A DNA stretch of 64,000 nt from Cystobasidiomycetes sp. EMM_F5 (Eukaryota): positions 620,001 through 684,000 of the forward strand of contig JBPGPT010000004.1 in assembly GCA_051047955.1 (NCBI GenBank), written 5' to 3'. The notes beneath the pieces were generated by a model that ran no database searches, was not told the origin of the DNA, and saw only the letters and a list, made by a program, of their open reading frames with translations. This document shows, piece by piece, positions 48,647 through 62,224 of this stretch; position 1 is the first letter of the stretch; each line of letters starts with the position of its first letter. The position numbers were made by a program, and so were the translations under genes.

Positions 48647-51549
48647 TCAGTTTGCAGTAGCCATGCTGGAGTCCGCAGGCTCGAGAGTCGACGCTCTGTC
48701 AAATTGAGCAGCGTCAACTAATCGCGAAATCTCCAACTGCAATTCCTCAGCATCCTGCATTTCGTCGGTCTTAGCTGTAGATGGCTCTGCAATGTCCACT
48801 TTGGGTTCGACTGGCGATTCGTCCTTCTCTTGCTTCGCCTCTGTTACTTGTTCTTCGGCGGGTACAGATTCACTCCCGTTGATAGCCACATGATTGTCAA
48901 CTTTCGCTAATGCCGATGATGATGCGTCTATCGGTTCTGTTGCATCCGCCATAGATTCCGCGTCCGCTTCCTCACTCTTCTGAACTTTTGGCACGGGATC
49001 TCCCGGGGCGAAGTAGGCTCTCTCTATCATCGTGATGACCCTTCGAGTTTCTACTACCCATGATCCCTCTTCCGTTCCAGAATTTAGCTTCTGCACATAC
49101 TTGTCTGAGGTTGTGGTCCGAATTTCAGCCATTCTTTCGTCACCGTGCACAGGATGTTCGCGCATTTCGATACGATCGAACGAGACTGGCGCCATCTGCC
49201 CTCGTTGTACACGCGAAGTGCCGTCACCTGCCTCGAGAACAGACTCCGCCTTGGCCGTATGAATATCATGCCCGTGATCCGGCAGATCCTCAGAATGCTT
49301 GGTTTTGACGGACTTTGCGGCCGGGCTTTCGGTATGATACTGCGCCGGAGCTTTCCGCTTGGAGTGCGTACCATTCGCATAAGGTATCGGTGTCGGTCCA
49401 CTCAGTGCGCCGCTCCGACCGTTGACTAGACCCATCGCTTTGCTGTTTGCCCTTTTGAGTGGTTGAACCAGAGCCTTGATCGAGGCTTCATCAATGAAAT
49501 CATCCGCATTGAACTGAGGCACGTTATCTAGTGGTGCAGCTGGCGGCGTCTCGCCAAGCGCGGTGTAAACAGCAGTCTGTAGATCGTTTGCCAATTTGTC
49601 GGGCTCTTCGATCAGTTCCCAATTGATACTCTCCATCGCGAGTCTACGTCGCTGTTGTAACAGTAGCGGAGTCAGTTGTCAAGACGATCAGACGCCGCTG
49701 TGTTTACTTGAGACAGACCTCTGATGACACATCGGCTCCTTCGCTGATACGCCATGCTTGCTGTATCAAGAATGCTGACAATGCCTTCAGCCCTTCTAGG
49801 ACTCGCCTTGGTAAGGCGTGATCCTCCTTCTCCAGTTGCTTGAAGTAGTACAGTCCTACATACCACAACATAGCGACAAAGTACGGAAACCTGAACTTCT
49901 TCGGCACTTTGGTGTTCAGCTCGATCTGGTACACCCGTAATTGCAGAGCAATATTGTAGGAGTGAAGGAAATTGCCGCCGATGACGAGCGAATCTGAAGG
50001 CGTATAGACGCAGTGTATCCATCCGGACGGTATAATGGCCGTATTACCAGGCTTTAGCTCCATCTTGTACACTTTGTCACATTCATCACCAAGCCAGCAT
50101 TGATCGTGACTGCCACCAGACCACTTTTCGTATTGACGCAAGTTTTCGGGAGTCGGACTGATAAAGTAGAATATTTTACTACCTCGCAAGACGTGATAAA
50201 ATACCTGTTACCAAAACGTTCAGCCACGGTCACCGCGTCTCGTGAAACTCTTTTCATACGCTGGAAGCGGAAAAGTCAATGTGCCAATCCGTCCAAGATT
50301 CGCCGGGTGACATGAGACAATAGCGCATCACTTGCGGGTATATGTCCTGCTCCTTCAGGTATTCCGGCCAGATCTGCTCAACCCAATCGATATCGCGGAT
50401 GACCTTTGGCGCAGCAACCTTGTCCCGTAGCGGAGAACTCGACAGCTCCAAAGAAATAACATTTCGTACTTTGTCACGACTTGGGCTCTCGTAATATTTA
50501 GCCCATTTTCCCAAAGTCCAGTGGTTCAGGCCAGATTGCGATGCCACGTCTGGTAAAAGCAAGAAACATCGGCTGTTGTATGAACAAATCTGGCATACAA
50601 CTCACCAATCACATCGAGGGGTCTGTCCGGCCCGACGATCTCTGCAATCTCCGAAACACGCATGTCCTTGGGTAGGACGCTCATGTCGAGACCTTCTGGC
50701 TCATCGATAATAAACGGTTGCATGAATGCTCTGGGATCTGTGTCAATCCATTCCACAGTAACGTCTTCTGCTCGCATATGCTGAAATGCATCCACGATTG
50801 GCTTCTTGTGCTCGGCGACATGATACCACGGGTTGCCGGTAGCTTTTTGTACGGGCGTTGCGGTGACGGTCACGGGCTCTCCGTCTGCTCCAGATTTGTT
50901 TCTGTGTCACAACAAGCGCGTCAGTTGTGCATTGGAGTTGCCAGCGCCATCCGGCGGCTTGCTCACGCCTCGCTCTTTTTCCGGGCAGACTTTCTGGGTG
51001 TCTCTTTCAGCTTGACTGCGAGCGGGTTTCGATTCTCATCCACGATAGACCTCTTGATGCAGTCCGTGCAAAACCAGTCTTCCATATCGCTCGGAACAAT
51101 CTTTCCATGTTTGCCAGGAATATCGGCCCGGATGCACGGCCAGTGAAACCACTTCTGGCATCTGAGGCGCCAATCGCGTCAGCCTATCCTACACTGCGGT
51201 ATCCAATGTATGCGTGACTGTAGCTCAACTCGTCACAAGCTATCCACGGGACATGTTTTGCCTTGTTTTTACGCTGCTCGTACGGGATATTTACGCAAGC
51301 CGGGCACACATCCTCGTCCTCGTCGTCGTCGTCGTTGTCGCCATTCATATCTGCATTGGACGTCCCAGCCTGCTCACTCCCGTTGCTGTCCTTTTGAACT
51401 GGCCGCGACTTCTTTGGCTTGCTGGACGATGAAGCTGCCGCTGCCGCTCTCGCTGGGGCTGCCCTTCTCGGTCTCTTTGCCGTCACATCTACGCTGCTGC
51501 TCGCAGCCTCGTTGTCGTTGCCCTCGCTGTGCTGGCTCTGCTGGTCCAT
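48647..51549 (-). CDS. JHD1: PHD + JmjC histone H3K36 demethylase
   Basis: PHD (CPAC...WIACD..CQKWFHWPC...WFCTDC), DVASQS, RNVISLE, YCLMS, WTDWHIDF, IPSGWIHCVYTP, GGNFLH, VPKKFRFPYF. Confidence 0.92.
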
Positions 51550-51651
51550 ACTGTTCGGAGCAGTTGGCGCAAATGAGAACGGGAAACGGTCAATTATCTC
51601 GAAAACGGTCTGTTGGATGACTCCCAACTGGCTGTGCAGCCATCTCCAACC

Positions 51652-53558
51652 ATGCGGGACACTGACTATACCAGCTACTATGTCACCGGGCGGGAGATGC
51701 TGCCCGCTGGGTTTACTTTCCTGGAACATCTAGACGAGGCTTGCAGCGGTGAATGGCTGAACAAGTTCCGAGTCTCAGCAACTAACAACTAACGACTGAT
51801 ACATTGACAATACCGCACAGGCGGCGTATCCATCGTCCAACTCCGCGAAAAGACTGCTTCCACTCGCGAATTTCTAGAAATAGCCCGTGGAGCAAAGAAG
51901 ATTTGCGATAAAGTACGGCTAGGCTGTAGTGTGCCTGTGTGTTGACATGAAGCTGATGTGCAGTACAGCACAGCATTCCCCTCCTCATCAATGACCGAGT
52001 CGATATCGCGCTCGCCGTAGGCTGTGGCCTCCATGTCGGGCAAGTCAGTCGCAGTGCGCATAAGTGACAAGACGGCATTTTTACTGACTCAGCGTATCTC
52101 TCTAGAAAGATATGCCGGTGCGGATAGCTCGCTCGCTGTTGGGACCAAACGCTATCATCGGCGTGAGCGTCAGCACCGCTACCGAACTAGAAGAAGTCCG
52201 CTCCCTCGACGCTGGCCTAGTAGACTACATTGGAATAGGTCCAGTTCATGCTACTCAATCCAAAAAGGACCATAATCCAATCCTTGGCGTGCGCGGTACT
52301 CGAGACCTTTTGGCGGTGTTGAGTGACTCCCCAATCAAAGTAGTGGCCATAGGCGGGCTGAACGAATTTACGATTACAAATCTATGGAGGCAGACCCGGT
52401 CACTACATCCCGCCGGTCGTGGTCTGGATGGTGTAGCATACGTGTCCGCCGTAGCCGCCTCAAGTCAACCGAGAGAAGCTGCCAATCGCCTCACATCTCT
52501 GATTCGTCAGCCGTCGATACCAAGATTGCGCATCCTGAACAAGTCGCACAACTTTGTACAATCCGCATGCGAATTATTAGCGCAGTTGAGGTCGACACCT
52601 CCGCTGGTCGTTCAGCACGTTACAAATCAAGTGGTCATGAACGACTGTGCAAACCTGACGCTGGCATTGACGAGATCGCCCATTATGTCTGGGAATCCGG
52701 AAGAAGCAGATGATCTAGGCCGGATAATCGGGGCTCTCGTACTCAATATGGGTACTCTGAATGACCGGCAAATAGAGGGAGCTCATTTATGCGGCAAGGC
52801 TGCAAACAGGAATAACAAACCAGTTCTTCTCGATCCTGTCGGCGTTGGAGCCACGCAATACCGCAAGCAAACGATAGCAGATCTGATGGACGGTACTCAC
52901 ATGTCAATCGTCAAGGTGCGATGCATGTAGCGCAATAGAATGTGGCTACGCTAATCGGTTTGCTATGCGCATAATACAGGGAAATGCTGGCGAGATAGGA
53001 GCTTTGAGTGGATTAACGGAAGTAAAGTCTCGCGGTGTCGACAGTGAAGGGCCCGGCTTCAGAGATCCGGCCAGTGTCGTAAAATCACTGGCGCGGCGTG
53101 AAAGTGCGTCGTCCTCGGCTCAATTCCTCGCAGCTGCAGCTAATGCACCCTGGCATCACTAAAGAAATGGTGGTCGCGATGACGGGAGAAATCGACTACG
53201 TGTCGGACGGAACTCTGACAATTGCTATCGAGAATGGGCATGCCTTACAAGGCGACATCACAGGCAGCGGATGTATGGCAGGAACTGCTATCGCTTGTTT
53301 TGCGTCGGTAGCAGGGACTGAAAGAGCATTTGAAGCTGCTGTTGCTGGGTATGTCAAATCTCTTGGCTAATCACGAGGTTGCCGTCATTCGCTGACACTC
53401 TTACTGGCAGATTGTTGGCATACAACGTCGCAGCGGAACTTGCAGCGGCGAAATCAAGCGTGCAAGGGCCGAACACTTTCCGCTCTGCGCTGATAGACGC
53501 GTGTTATCATCTGAAGCCGGAGCAGATTCTCGAAAGAGCTCGATTACGCGCTGTCTAG
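51652..53558 (+). CDS. THI6: Bifunctional thiamine-phosphate synthase / hydroxyethylthiazole kinase (ThiE-ThiM)
   Basis: MRDTDYTSYYVTGR, GGVSIVQLREK, LINDRVD, LHVGQ, DYIGIGPV, VAIGGL; ThiM part: VQHVTNQVV, SPIMS, LDPVGVGAT, KGNAGEI, ITGSGCMAG. Confidence 0.93.
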
Positions 53559-53684
53559 TCAAGTCCAGTCCAGTCTAGTCCAGCATAGTCGGTGCTTGCT
53601 ATATTACATGCTGCTATGCTTGAATATGCACTATATGCTGAAGTATCACAATTTGCCAATCGGTTCCAAGTTCCAAGTGAAATA

Positions 53685-55568
53685 TCATTCTTGACCAGCA
53701 GCCAGTGCTGTATCCCAGAATGCAATTTCCAGCTCTGTCGTCTGGGTAAATATTTCTATTACACAGTGCGTCAGAAAGTCGGTATTCGAGAATGATCCGT
53801 TACGAAACTCACTGGATAAAGCATCAAGCCTTTTCTGAGACAGAGGTTCATCCGCCACACTTATCTCCAGCAACTCCCTCCCAGTTTTGACTGCCGCTTG
53901 GAATTCGGGTTTGCCATAATTGATGGCCCACTCATAGTATGGATTGCTCTTGCTTCTGTCTACCTCGGTATCGGGCCTGTTTGCAAGCCGCAAGCCTACT
54001 TCGCCATAGCCGAGCAGACATGGTGCTGTCGCAATCCGCAAGTCTAGCATAGAGCCGGCACTGCTGACGTCCAAGACATAGCGATTGTATGCTATGTTTG
54101 TCACGCTTTCTTTGGTTTTCTCTAATTCTTCTTTGCTGATGCCTTGCGATTTGCAATACTATTAGACACTTCAGCAGGCCGCATGTGATATCGCTAGACG
54201 GGAGGTAAATGGAAAAATCACGCACCATGATATGCATCTCGACCTCATGTAGTACTGTAGAGATGATAAATGTACTAGCCTGCAGTTCTTCGTATGTCTT
54301 TGCCTTGTATGCAGCCAAGGCCATTGTTCGAGCGTAATGTAGCAGGAACGAATAGTCTTGGCGAATGAAGAACAGAAATGCCTTCATCGGCAAAGTTCCC
54401 TTACCCAATTGCAGCGTAAAGGGGTGATTTACGTATTTCTCCCATAGGTCACCAGTTTGAGCGATGAGGTAGTCGGTGAAAGGGTGAGGAGAGAGTTGAG
54501 TCGGTCTAACACGCAAGAGTTAGCGTGTGTAGCGGGGAAGGAACGCGCAGTGGAGTGCTGGCCGATTTACCTTGGTACAATCAGCCGCGTCAAATTGTGC
54601 AGATGATCTACTGGTCCAGCTGATTCGCCTTTTGGGTAAGATGCCGCGATAGCTCTGCGTATGTATTCGCTGGATTTCCGTACGGCCGTCGGAACGTCAA
54701 GGCCTGTAGCTAGAGCTGCACACAAAGCTGCAGATTGCGTGCAACCTGTCCCATGAGTGTTGCGGCTCTGGATCTGGGGTTTGTCGATGAGCGTAAAATC
54801 ATCGCTCTTCGCGTCATAGAGAACATCAACGATACGGCTCTTTGCGGAATCGTTGGAAATGAGCGGTAAATGTCCGCCCTTCAGTAAGACGTATTTCGGA
54901 CCCAATTTCCCCAGTGCTCGAGCACAACTCTTCATTGCGTCCAACGAGCCTATGCTATCTTTGCCTAAGCCGGCCAGTACAGCACCTTCTGGGATGTTTG
55001 GCGTGATTACGGTAGCCAGCGGTATCAACCGACTTCGCAGCGTTTCGACAGCATCTTCTGATAGAAGCGTATGTCCTGACGTGGAAATCATCACTGGATC
55101 AACAACGACTGAGATGATGGTATTGATATGTCAGAATTATGGTGCGTCAAAACGGGAGATTGGTATTGCGTACCGGGCGGTAGACTATGAGCATTTCGCA
55201 ATCCCTCCAAGGTATCTGCTACGACATTGATAATGTCTCTAGAGTAAAGCATTCCAGTCTTGATGGCAAGCGGAGGGATATCATCAAAGAGGGCTTCCAG
55301 CTGGCTTTTCAGGATATCCGGGTCGACGCCCTGGATAGCACGAACACCATTGGAATTCTGCGCGGTGATGGCGGTGAGCGCTGATGTGCCATAGCAGCCC
55401 AACGCAGCAAAAGTCTTGAGATCAGCCTGGATGCCAGCTCCTCCGCCAGAATCTGAGCCGGCTATCGTTCTGCGCGTCACGGCAAATTACGTTGAGCTGG
55501 ATCATTGTCGCCTGACGACTTCACATCTTGGTAGCTCACAGACATGTCGGCGGAATTACTTGCATCAT
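53685..55568 (-). CDS. THI20: HMP/HMP-P kinase (ThiD) fused to TenA thiaminase II
   Basis: [54 protein letters not shown]; Ten[28 protein letters not shown] (catalytic Cys), LEIAFW. Confidence 0.93.
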
Positions 55569-55922
55569 GCTGAGCAGACTATGTACAAGGCAGGGTTTAT
55601 TGGAAGCGAAGAAGCTAAACGTGCGATATTTTGACGGATAATAACCCTCACAATACTCCGCAATCCAATCTTCTGCCTGAGCACTAACATCACGAAAGAC
55701 ACCGAGCATGAACCAAAGTTTCGTGAGACTCTACTGACAATGCATATGGAGATGCACTGATTCGACGACAAGGATGATCCTGTAGTCCGCCTGCAAAGCA
55801 GTCAACAGGAAATTCAATGCCAACACCGTTACTTGCTGATACATTAGCTGAGCATTACGTGACTAATTAAAAGCTGCGATGATGGAGTCACCGATATGCT
55901 CATCGTATTCGTCGGCCAGTCT

Positions 55923-56425
55923 TCATTCAATGTTTGCCTGATCAAACATGAGTCGAGTCACGTAGCCAACCTTTTCAAGCTCTTGCATGTCCTTCGTCTC
56001 CTGTTCAATACGCTTTCCGAGCTTCTCGTCGAATGGCTGAGTCCTGATGACCTTGCATGCGATGCCGAGCTTGTCGATGCCTTGTTCTAGCTCGTCCTGT
56101 TCCTCCTTTGGATAGATGGGTCCTATGAAGACTGCGCGTGGCGTAGTCTCTGCGTTGGCTAGCTTCTCCAAGAACTCGGACACAGTCGACCCGACGAGGA
56201 TGGTCTTGTACTTTGGCGACAGAGCCTCGAATGCTGGGGAATGGATGTAGATCAATTCAAGCACTTCAAGTTCTCGACAGAATGCGTCTGCCTACCAGCT
56301 TTACCATACTCTTGGTTCTTCCCGATTATTGCTATTGGAATGTCCTCATACTCCGCCTCGAGGCCTTTGTGATGGGAACCCTGTCCGCTTCCATTGACGT
56401 GGGTGTTGTCGCCGACGACGGTCAT
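55923..56425 (-). CDS. Small hypothetical protein, 2 exons
   Basis: MTVVGDNTH...IPIAIIGKNQEYGKA|AFEALSPKYKTI...PRAVFIGPIY; phase-consistent GT-AG intron. Confidence 0.6.
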
Positions 56426-57059
56426 TGCGAGCGAGTAAGTTTACGGATGAATGGGAGAAAGAGAGAAAGCTGTCAAAGAGAGTCCGTCATGTAGTAATCA
56501 GCACTCGATGCCGATATCGCTCGTCATGTCCGCCTTTCGATTCATGATCAGCCACAGCGGTCATCGTTCATGGCGATCCTGAAGGAGCTTGACGTTATGC
56601 CAGCACTGAGCTGCGAGATGAAAAACACCCTGCGCTGTACTCAACATTCAATGATAATACGCTGCTGCTGCTTGCGCAGAGTCCAATATGCTGAGGGCGA
56701 GGGCAAATCTAGCCAAGTTAACGGGGCGAGAACGGCGATTCATTTCACTTCAGCGGACACGTTGACCCATTGTAACCAACGCCGTACTATCCGTCATCTC
56801 AGCAGCAGAGTGGACTGGTAATTATAACGCGGTGCTGCTCGCTGCTGATTCTTCCACTAACACCGAAATCGCCGGATTGCCGATACGCCGTATACCGTAA
56901 ACAATCACGAACGGTGATGCTGACTACTGCAGACGTCCTCGCACGCAACTATAAAGGGCATCCTTGCTGTCTCTCCTCTTCTCTCCTTCCGTCTACATCC
57001 ATTCCACTCTTACCCAGACAGCGCAATACACATCCATCCCATCACCTCAGACCATCAAC

Positions 57060-58045
57060 ATGCACGTCTTTGTAACAGGAGCAACTGGACTCGTCGGCAA
57101 GGCTACCGTCAAGCAGCTCATCAGTCAGAAGCACACAGTGTCCGCCCTCGCTCGCTCAGACAAGAGCGAACAGCTACTCAAGGAACTTGGAGTAGCTAGT
57201 GTCATTCGCGGCAGTACCACTTCTATCGACATACTTAAACAAGCAGCAAGTCAGGCAGATGCCGTCATTCACGCTGCATTCGACCACGACTCGTTTGGAG
57301 TGCCTGGAGGTCTCCTCGCAGCGTGCGAGCAGGACCGTACTGCCATTCAAGCGTTAGGGGACGGTCTGCTCGCAACATCAGATCCCAAGCAACCAAAGAC
57401 GTTGATCTACACTTCAGGTGTGTTCCGATGATACTGCACTTACCGAATCTCGGCCCTAATAAAAACGTTGCGATTGCAGGACTGCTTGGTAATGACGGTC
57501 CAGACGAGAACTCAGGCAAGATACCCAACGAACACCTGCCCCGGCATTTGTCAGACGACCTCGTCCACTCATACTCGGCTAAAGGTCTACGGACCATCAT
57601 CGTACGCTTGGCTCCAATCGTCCACGGTCCAGGCTATGAGCATCCATTCATCGCTGGCCAAGCTGGCCCAGCTCGCAAGCACGGCTACGCAGCCTACGTC
57701 GGAGACGGGCAGCAAAAGTGGGGCTCGGTACACGTTGACGATGCAGCCAATCTCATTTGCCTGGGTCTGACCAAAGCACCTTCTGGGTCAAACTTCCACT
57801 GTCTGGCTGAAGAAGTCACGGTCAAGGAAGTTGTTGAGCGTGTTGGCCGCAAGCTCAACCTCCCGACCAAGAGCATCGAAGCCAAAGACGCATTTGCACA
57901 CTTTGAAAGCTCAATTGCTCTCTTCCTTCAGGCGGATATTCATGCAACTTCGGAGCTTACGGTCAAGTGGACCGGTTGGCAGCCAACGGGCTATAATCTG
58001 TTCAAAGAGATGGAGGGATACGAGTATCCAGTACACCAAGCTTGA
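57060..58045 (+). CDS. Atypical SDR / NAD-dependent epimerase-dehydratase, copy 1 (intron 57418-57479)
   Basis: MHVFVTGATGLVG, LARS, HAAFDH, IVRLAPIVHG, VHVDDAA, WTGWQP; resembles the yeast YLL056C-type family. Confidence 0.92.
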
Positions 58046-58477
58046 TTGGCCACAAGAGTGGATCTGCGTTGGTCTGGCAGAATGAGTATCCACGTTCAGT
58101 CTAATCCTCATTACAAAGTGCGGATCAGTACTAGTCCTCTGTGTTGTTCATACGTGCAAGTTTGGATTTCTATCATTTGACGGCACTCAACTCGCACCTT
58201 GCGCCAGTTGCAACTCGATTGCCATTGATTGCAGCTATGACTCTGCACTTTGCAAGCACATCTGACCACGGAATTACAGCTGATTACTCCACATGAACGC
58301 GCGTCTTGACGGCATGGACGGTCTGTGCGATGCCGTGTTCGGCCTTTAACGGCGATATGCTGAACAATGGAGTCACCAGTTCAGATTTAAGCAGGGAACG
58401 TTGTTACGTTCTGACTGACTGAGTCTCTTTGCTCTCTCTCTCACTAACTCACTGCCTATCCCGTCCCCACCTCCAAC

Positions 58478-59395
58478 ATGCGCGTCTTTGTCACTGGAGC
58501 AACCGGCCTCGTCGGAACGGCGACAGTCAGGCAGCTGCTCCTCGAGGGACACGATGTGACTGGCCTCGCCCGCTCTGACAAGTCTGCCGACTTGCTCAAA
58601 CAGCTAGGCGTAACGAGCATCCTCCGCGGTGACGTGACGACCCTCGACGTCCTGCAGGAAGGGGCACGAAACGCCGACGCAGTAGTACACGCTGCCTTCA
58701 ACCACGATGCATTCAAGTCTGGCGCATTCGTGCTAGCCTGTGAACAAGACCGTGCAGCTATCCAAGCAATGTGCGAGGTACTGCGCGACACCTCGCCTCC
58801 CGGTCAACCCAAAACCTTCATTTACACATCTGGACTCCTCGGAAATGCAGGCCCAGACGAGACATCTGGCAAGATACCAAACGAACATCATCCGCGTCAT
58901 CTGTCGGAGGAACTGACCCTCTCGTACGCCGCTCGAGGCGTAAGATCAATCGTAGTCCGGCTATCGCCTATCGTACACGGCCCAGGATACGAACATCCCT
59001 TCGTCGCTCTTCAGGCTCCTGTAGCCCGCAAACATGGCTTTGTTGCCTACGTCGGTGACGGCCAGCAGCAGTGGGCATCTGTTCACGTCGACGACGCAGC
59101 TACCCTCATATGCCTCGCATTGACAAAGTCGCCAAGTGGCTCAAATCTGCACTGTCTCGCAGAGGAGCTCTACGTCAAGGATATCGTTGAGCGTATCGCC
59201 AAATACATCGACCTGCCGACAAAGAGTATTGAAGCAAAAGACGCAGCTGCTCACTACCAGAGCTTCATCGGCATGATTATGCAATCCAGCATGCATTCGA
59301 CATCTGAATTGACAAGAGAGTGGACCGGTTGGCAGCCCAAGGGATACAACCTGTTCAAGGAGATGGAGAACTACAAGTTCTCGGACGAAGCCTAA
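58478..59395 (+). CDS. Atypical SDR / NAD-dependent epimerase-dehydratase, copy 2 (intronless)
   Basis: 305-aa ORF with the same motifs. Confidence 0.93.
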   Translation: MRVFVTGATGLVGTATVRQLLLEGHDVTGLARSDKSADLLKQLGVTSILRGDVTTLDVLQEGARNADAVVHAAFNHDAFKSGAFVLACEQDRAAIQAMCEVLRDTSPPGQPKTFIYTSGLLGNAGPDETSGKIPNEHHPRHLSEELTLSYAARGVRSIVVRLSPIVHGPGYEHPFVALQAPVARKHGFVAYVGDGQQQWASVHVDDAATLICLALTKSPSGSNLHCLAEELYVKDIVERIAKYIDLPTKSIEAKDAAAHYQSFIGMIMQSSMHSTSELTREWTGWQPKGYNLFKEMENYKFSDEA

Positions 59396-59774
59396 GCTCG
59401 AGATGCCATACACAGGCAGGGGATAACAGAACGGTTGCCGGGTTGTCGTTGTCAGTGATTCCGCCACCGCGACATCCTGATCAAACACACGCAACACGCT
59501 CATACATGCAATGCTTTCGCACTAACGTAGAATTCTGTTCACGATGCACTACTGACCAGTGACTGACGGCTTGCCGGTGTCCGATCCCCGGTTCCCGATT
59601 CCCGATAGGTAGCTAGTGGCGGATGACCGAGGATTTCACCTGCATGATGATATAAGCACATTCTCCCCAACTATTTAATCAGCATCTTTCTCTGTTCAGC
59701 TTCTCTCCTCATTTCCTTACACATCGCCTGATACCAGCACACATCTTTCCCATACTTCTTTACCGTAATCGACC

Positions 59775-60753
59775 ATGCGAGTATTCGTTACCGGAGGAAC
59801 TGGCCTTGTCGGATCAGCTACAATCAAGCAACTCATCAGTCAAGGCCACACGGTAGTCGCATTAGCCCGCTCCGAAAAGTCTGCAAGCGCTCTCAAACAG
59901 CTTGGAGTTGCAAACGTGCTACTTGGCAGCACCACTTCATTGGACGTACTCAAGGAGGGAGCATCGAGTTCAGATGCTGCGATACATACTGCATTCGACC
60001 ACACCGCTTTTGGCGATCCGAAAGCCCTGCTTGAAGCGTGTGAGGATGACCGTTTAGCCTGTCAGGCCATGTGCGAAGCTCTGCGGGAGAGTTCACCTGC
60101 CGACAAGCCTAAGACATTCATCTACTGCTCAGGTATTGCTGAATTCCCAAGCTGGGATGTCAACCATGCTGAACAAATCTTCAACAGGATTGCTGGGTCT
60201 GACCGGTCCTTCCGAAGAAAGCGAAAAGATCCCAAATGATGCCATGCCGCGTCATCTGTCCGACGAACTCGTACACACATACGCCTCGAAAGGCCTGCGA
60301 ACTGTTATCGTCCGACTAGCACCTCTCGTTCACGGACCAGGTTTCGAGCATCCTTTCATCACAGGCCAGGTCGCTCCGGCGAAGAAACACGGTTTCGTGG
60401 CATACATTGGCGATGGACAGCAGCAGTGGTATTCCGTCCATGTTGACGATGCGGCAGCCATCCTGTGCCTTGCGCTCACCAAAGGACCATCTGGATCGAA
60501 CTTTCATTGCCATGCGGAGGGCATCAAGGTCAAGGATGTGGTTGAGCGCGTTGCGAAAAAGCTCAATCTGCCATCAAAAAGCATTGAGGCTAAAGACGCC
60601 TTTCCCCATTTTCAGAGCGCCGTGGCAATCTTCTTGCAGGCCGATATACAAGTGACACAGAAACTTACGCTGGAATGGACTGGTTGGGAACCGAAAGGTT
60701 ATGGCCTATTCGAAGAGATGGAAAACTACACCTTGTCAGACTCACACACCTAA
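59775..60753 (+). CDS. Atypical SDR / NAD-dependent epimerase-dehydratase, copy 3 (intron 60133-60187)
   Basis: MRVFVTGGTGLVG; spliced YCSG|LLG. Confidence 0.92.
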
Positions 60754-61315
60754 GCTCTGTTATATCGCATTTTCTTCATCTTACGCAATCAGCATAATCT
60801 CATCGCATTGTAGAATACACTAAAATCATCAAAGCATCTATTCAATTTGAAGCATTCTTTAAACGGTTTATTTGGAAGTAGTTGGCATGGGATTCCCCCA
60901 CTCCACCCTACGGGTCCGTATCATGTATTCCTTGATGTCCAACGCCGACCGGACGTTTGCATTTCGCCGACTGATGGTCATACTTGCAGAAGAATACCAT
61001 CCCTCACCACTAACTGGTCTCCAGACACGAGCTTACCAACTTATACATGGCATGTGCTTCTCGGCGATAACGCCGTTGAAGGCCGTATCGCTCGGCAGGC
61101 AGTCACATGCATGCAGACACCGTCGAGTCCGAGCGAAAGCCCGGCGCCGATTACGCTAGCACCGCTATCCACTAGTATTTATACCTGTCGCTGGCTCTGT
61201 GACTGTTTCTTTCCTCTTCTCCCATCGCCTCTCTTCCTGCATCTCCGCCTCACCCTGGCAGGGCTACTACACGCGCCGAAGAAAACAAGTCAACAATATA
61301 CAAACTTCATTTACA

Positions 61316-62224
61316 ATGCGAGTATTCGTGACTGGCGGAACGGGAATGGTCGGAGCGGCAACCATCAAAGAATTGATTGCGCAAGGGCATGTCGTATCTG
61401 CCCTCGCGCGTTCCGATAAATCCGCTGCAAAACTCAAGCAACTTGGAGTCTCGAGCGTGCTGACAGGAAGCACTCAGTCATTGGATGTCCTCAAGCAAGG
61501 TGCCGAGAATGCTGATGCAGTCATACACACGGCCTTTGATCACGAATCGTTTGGCGACCCGCAGGCTCTTCTCAAAGCTTGCGAGGACGACCGACTGGCT
61601 TGCCAAGCCATGTGCAATGCGCTTCTAGAGAGCTCTTCACCCGACAAGCCAAAGGTCATGATATACACATCGGGTCTAATGGGCGATGCTGGCCCAGACG
61701 AAACAAGTGGGAAGATCCCAAATGATGCCATGCCACGACACCTCTCGGATGAGCTTATCCACTCGTACTCTGCCAAAGGCTTGCGGACGATTATCGTACG
61801 ACTAGCCCCTGTCGTCCACGGGCCAGGATATGAGCATCCCTTCATCATGGGTCAAGTTGAACCTGCAAAGAAGCACGGCTTTGCTGCATACATCGGCGAC
61901 GGACAGCAGCAGTGGTACGGTGTACATGTCGATGATGCAGCTACACTGCTCTGCCTCGCTCTCACGAAAGGACCATCAGGATCAAACTTCCACTGTTTCG
62001 ATGACGCCATGAAGGTCAAGGATGTTGTCGAGCGAGTAGCGGCAAGACTCGGTGTCCCAAGCAAGAGTATTGCAGCTCAAGATGCATACGCCCACTTCCA
62101 GAGCGCTGTTACTTTTGTTCTCATGTCTGATCTCACCGCTACGAAGAAGCTTACGGAGGAATGGACTGGTTGGCAACCAAAGGGCTACTCGGTGTTCAAG
62201 GAGATGGAAGGATACAAGATCTAG
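61316..62224 (+). CDS. Atypical SDR / NAD-dependent epimerase-dehydratase, copy 4 (intronless)
   Basis: MRVFVTGGTGMVG...WTGWQPKGY. Confidence 0.93.
   Translation: MRVFVTGGTGMVGAATIKELIAQGHVVSALARSDKSAAKLKQLGVSSVLTGSTQSLDVLKQGAENADAVIHTAFDHESFGDPQALLKACEDDRLACQAMCNALLESSSPDKPKVMIYTSGLMGDAGPDETSGKIPNDAMPRHLSDELIHSYSAKGLRTIIVRLAPVVHGPGYEHPFIMGQVEPAKKHGFAAYIGDGQQQWYGVHVDDAATLLCLALTKGPSGSNFHCFDDAMKVKDVVERVAARLGVPSKSIAAQDAYAHFQSAVTFVLMSDLTATKKLTEEWTGWQPKGYSVFKEMEGYKI

Noticed and set aside
53556..53590. (AGTCC/AGTCT)n pentamer run after the THI6 stop
   Set aside because: Short degenerate microsatellite; no spacer structure and not CRISPR-like.
55570..55900. TPP riboswitch near the thiamine genes
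   Set aside because: Isolated CTGAG words occur, but the CTGAGA...CCTGA...GGGA aptamer arrangement was not found upstream of or in introns of THI6/THI20.
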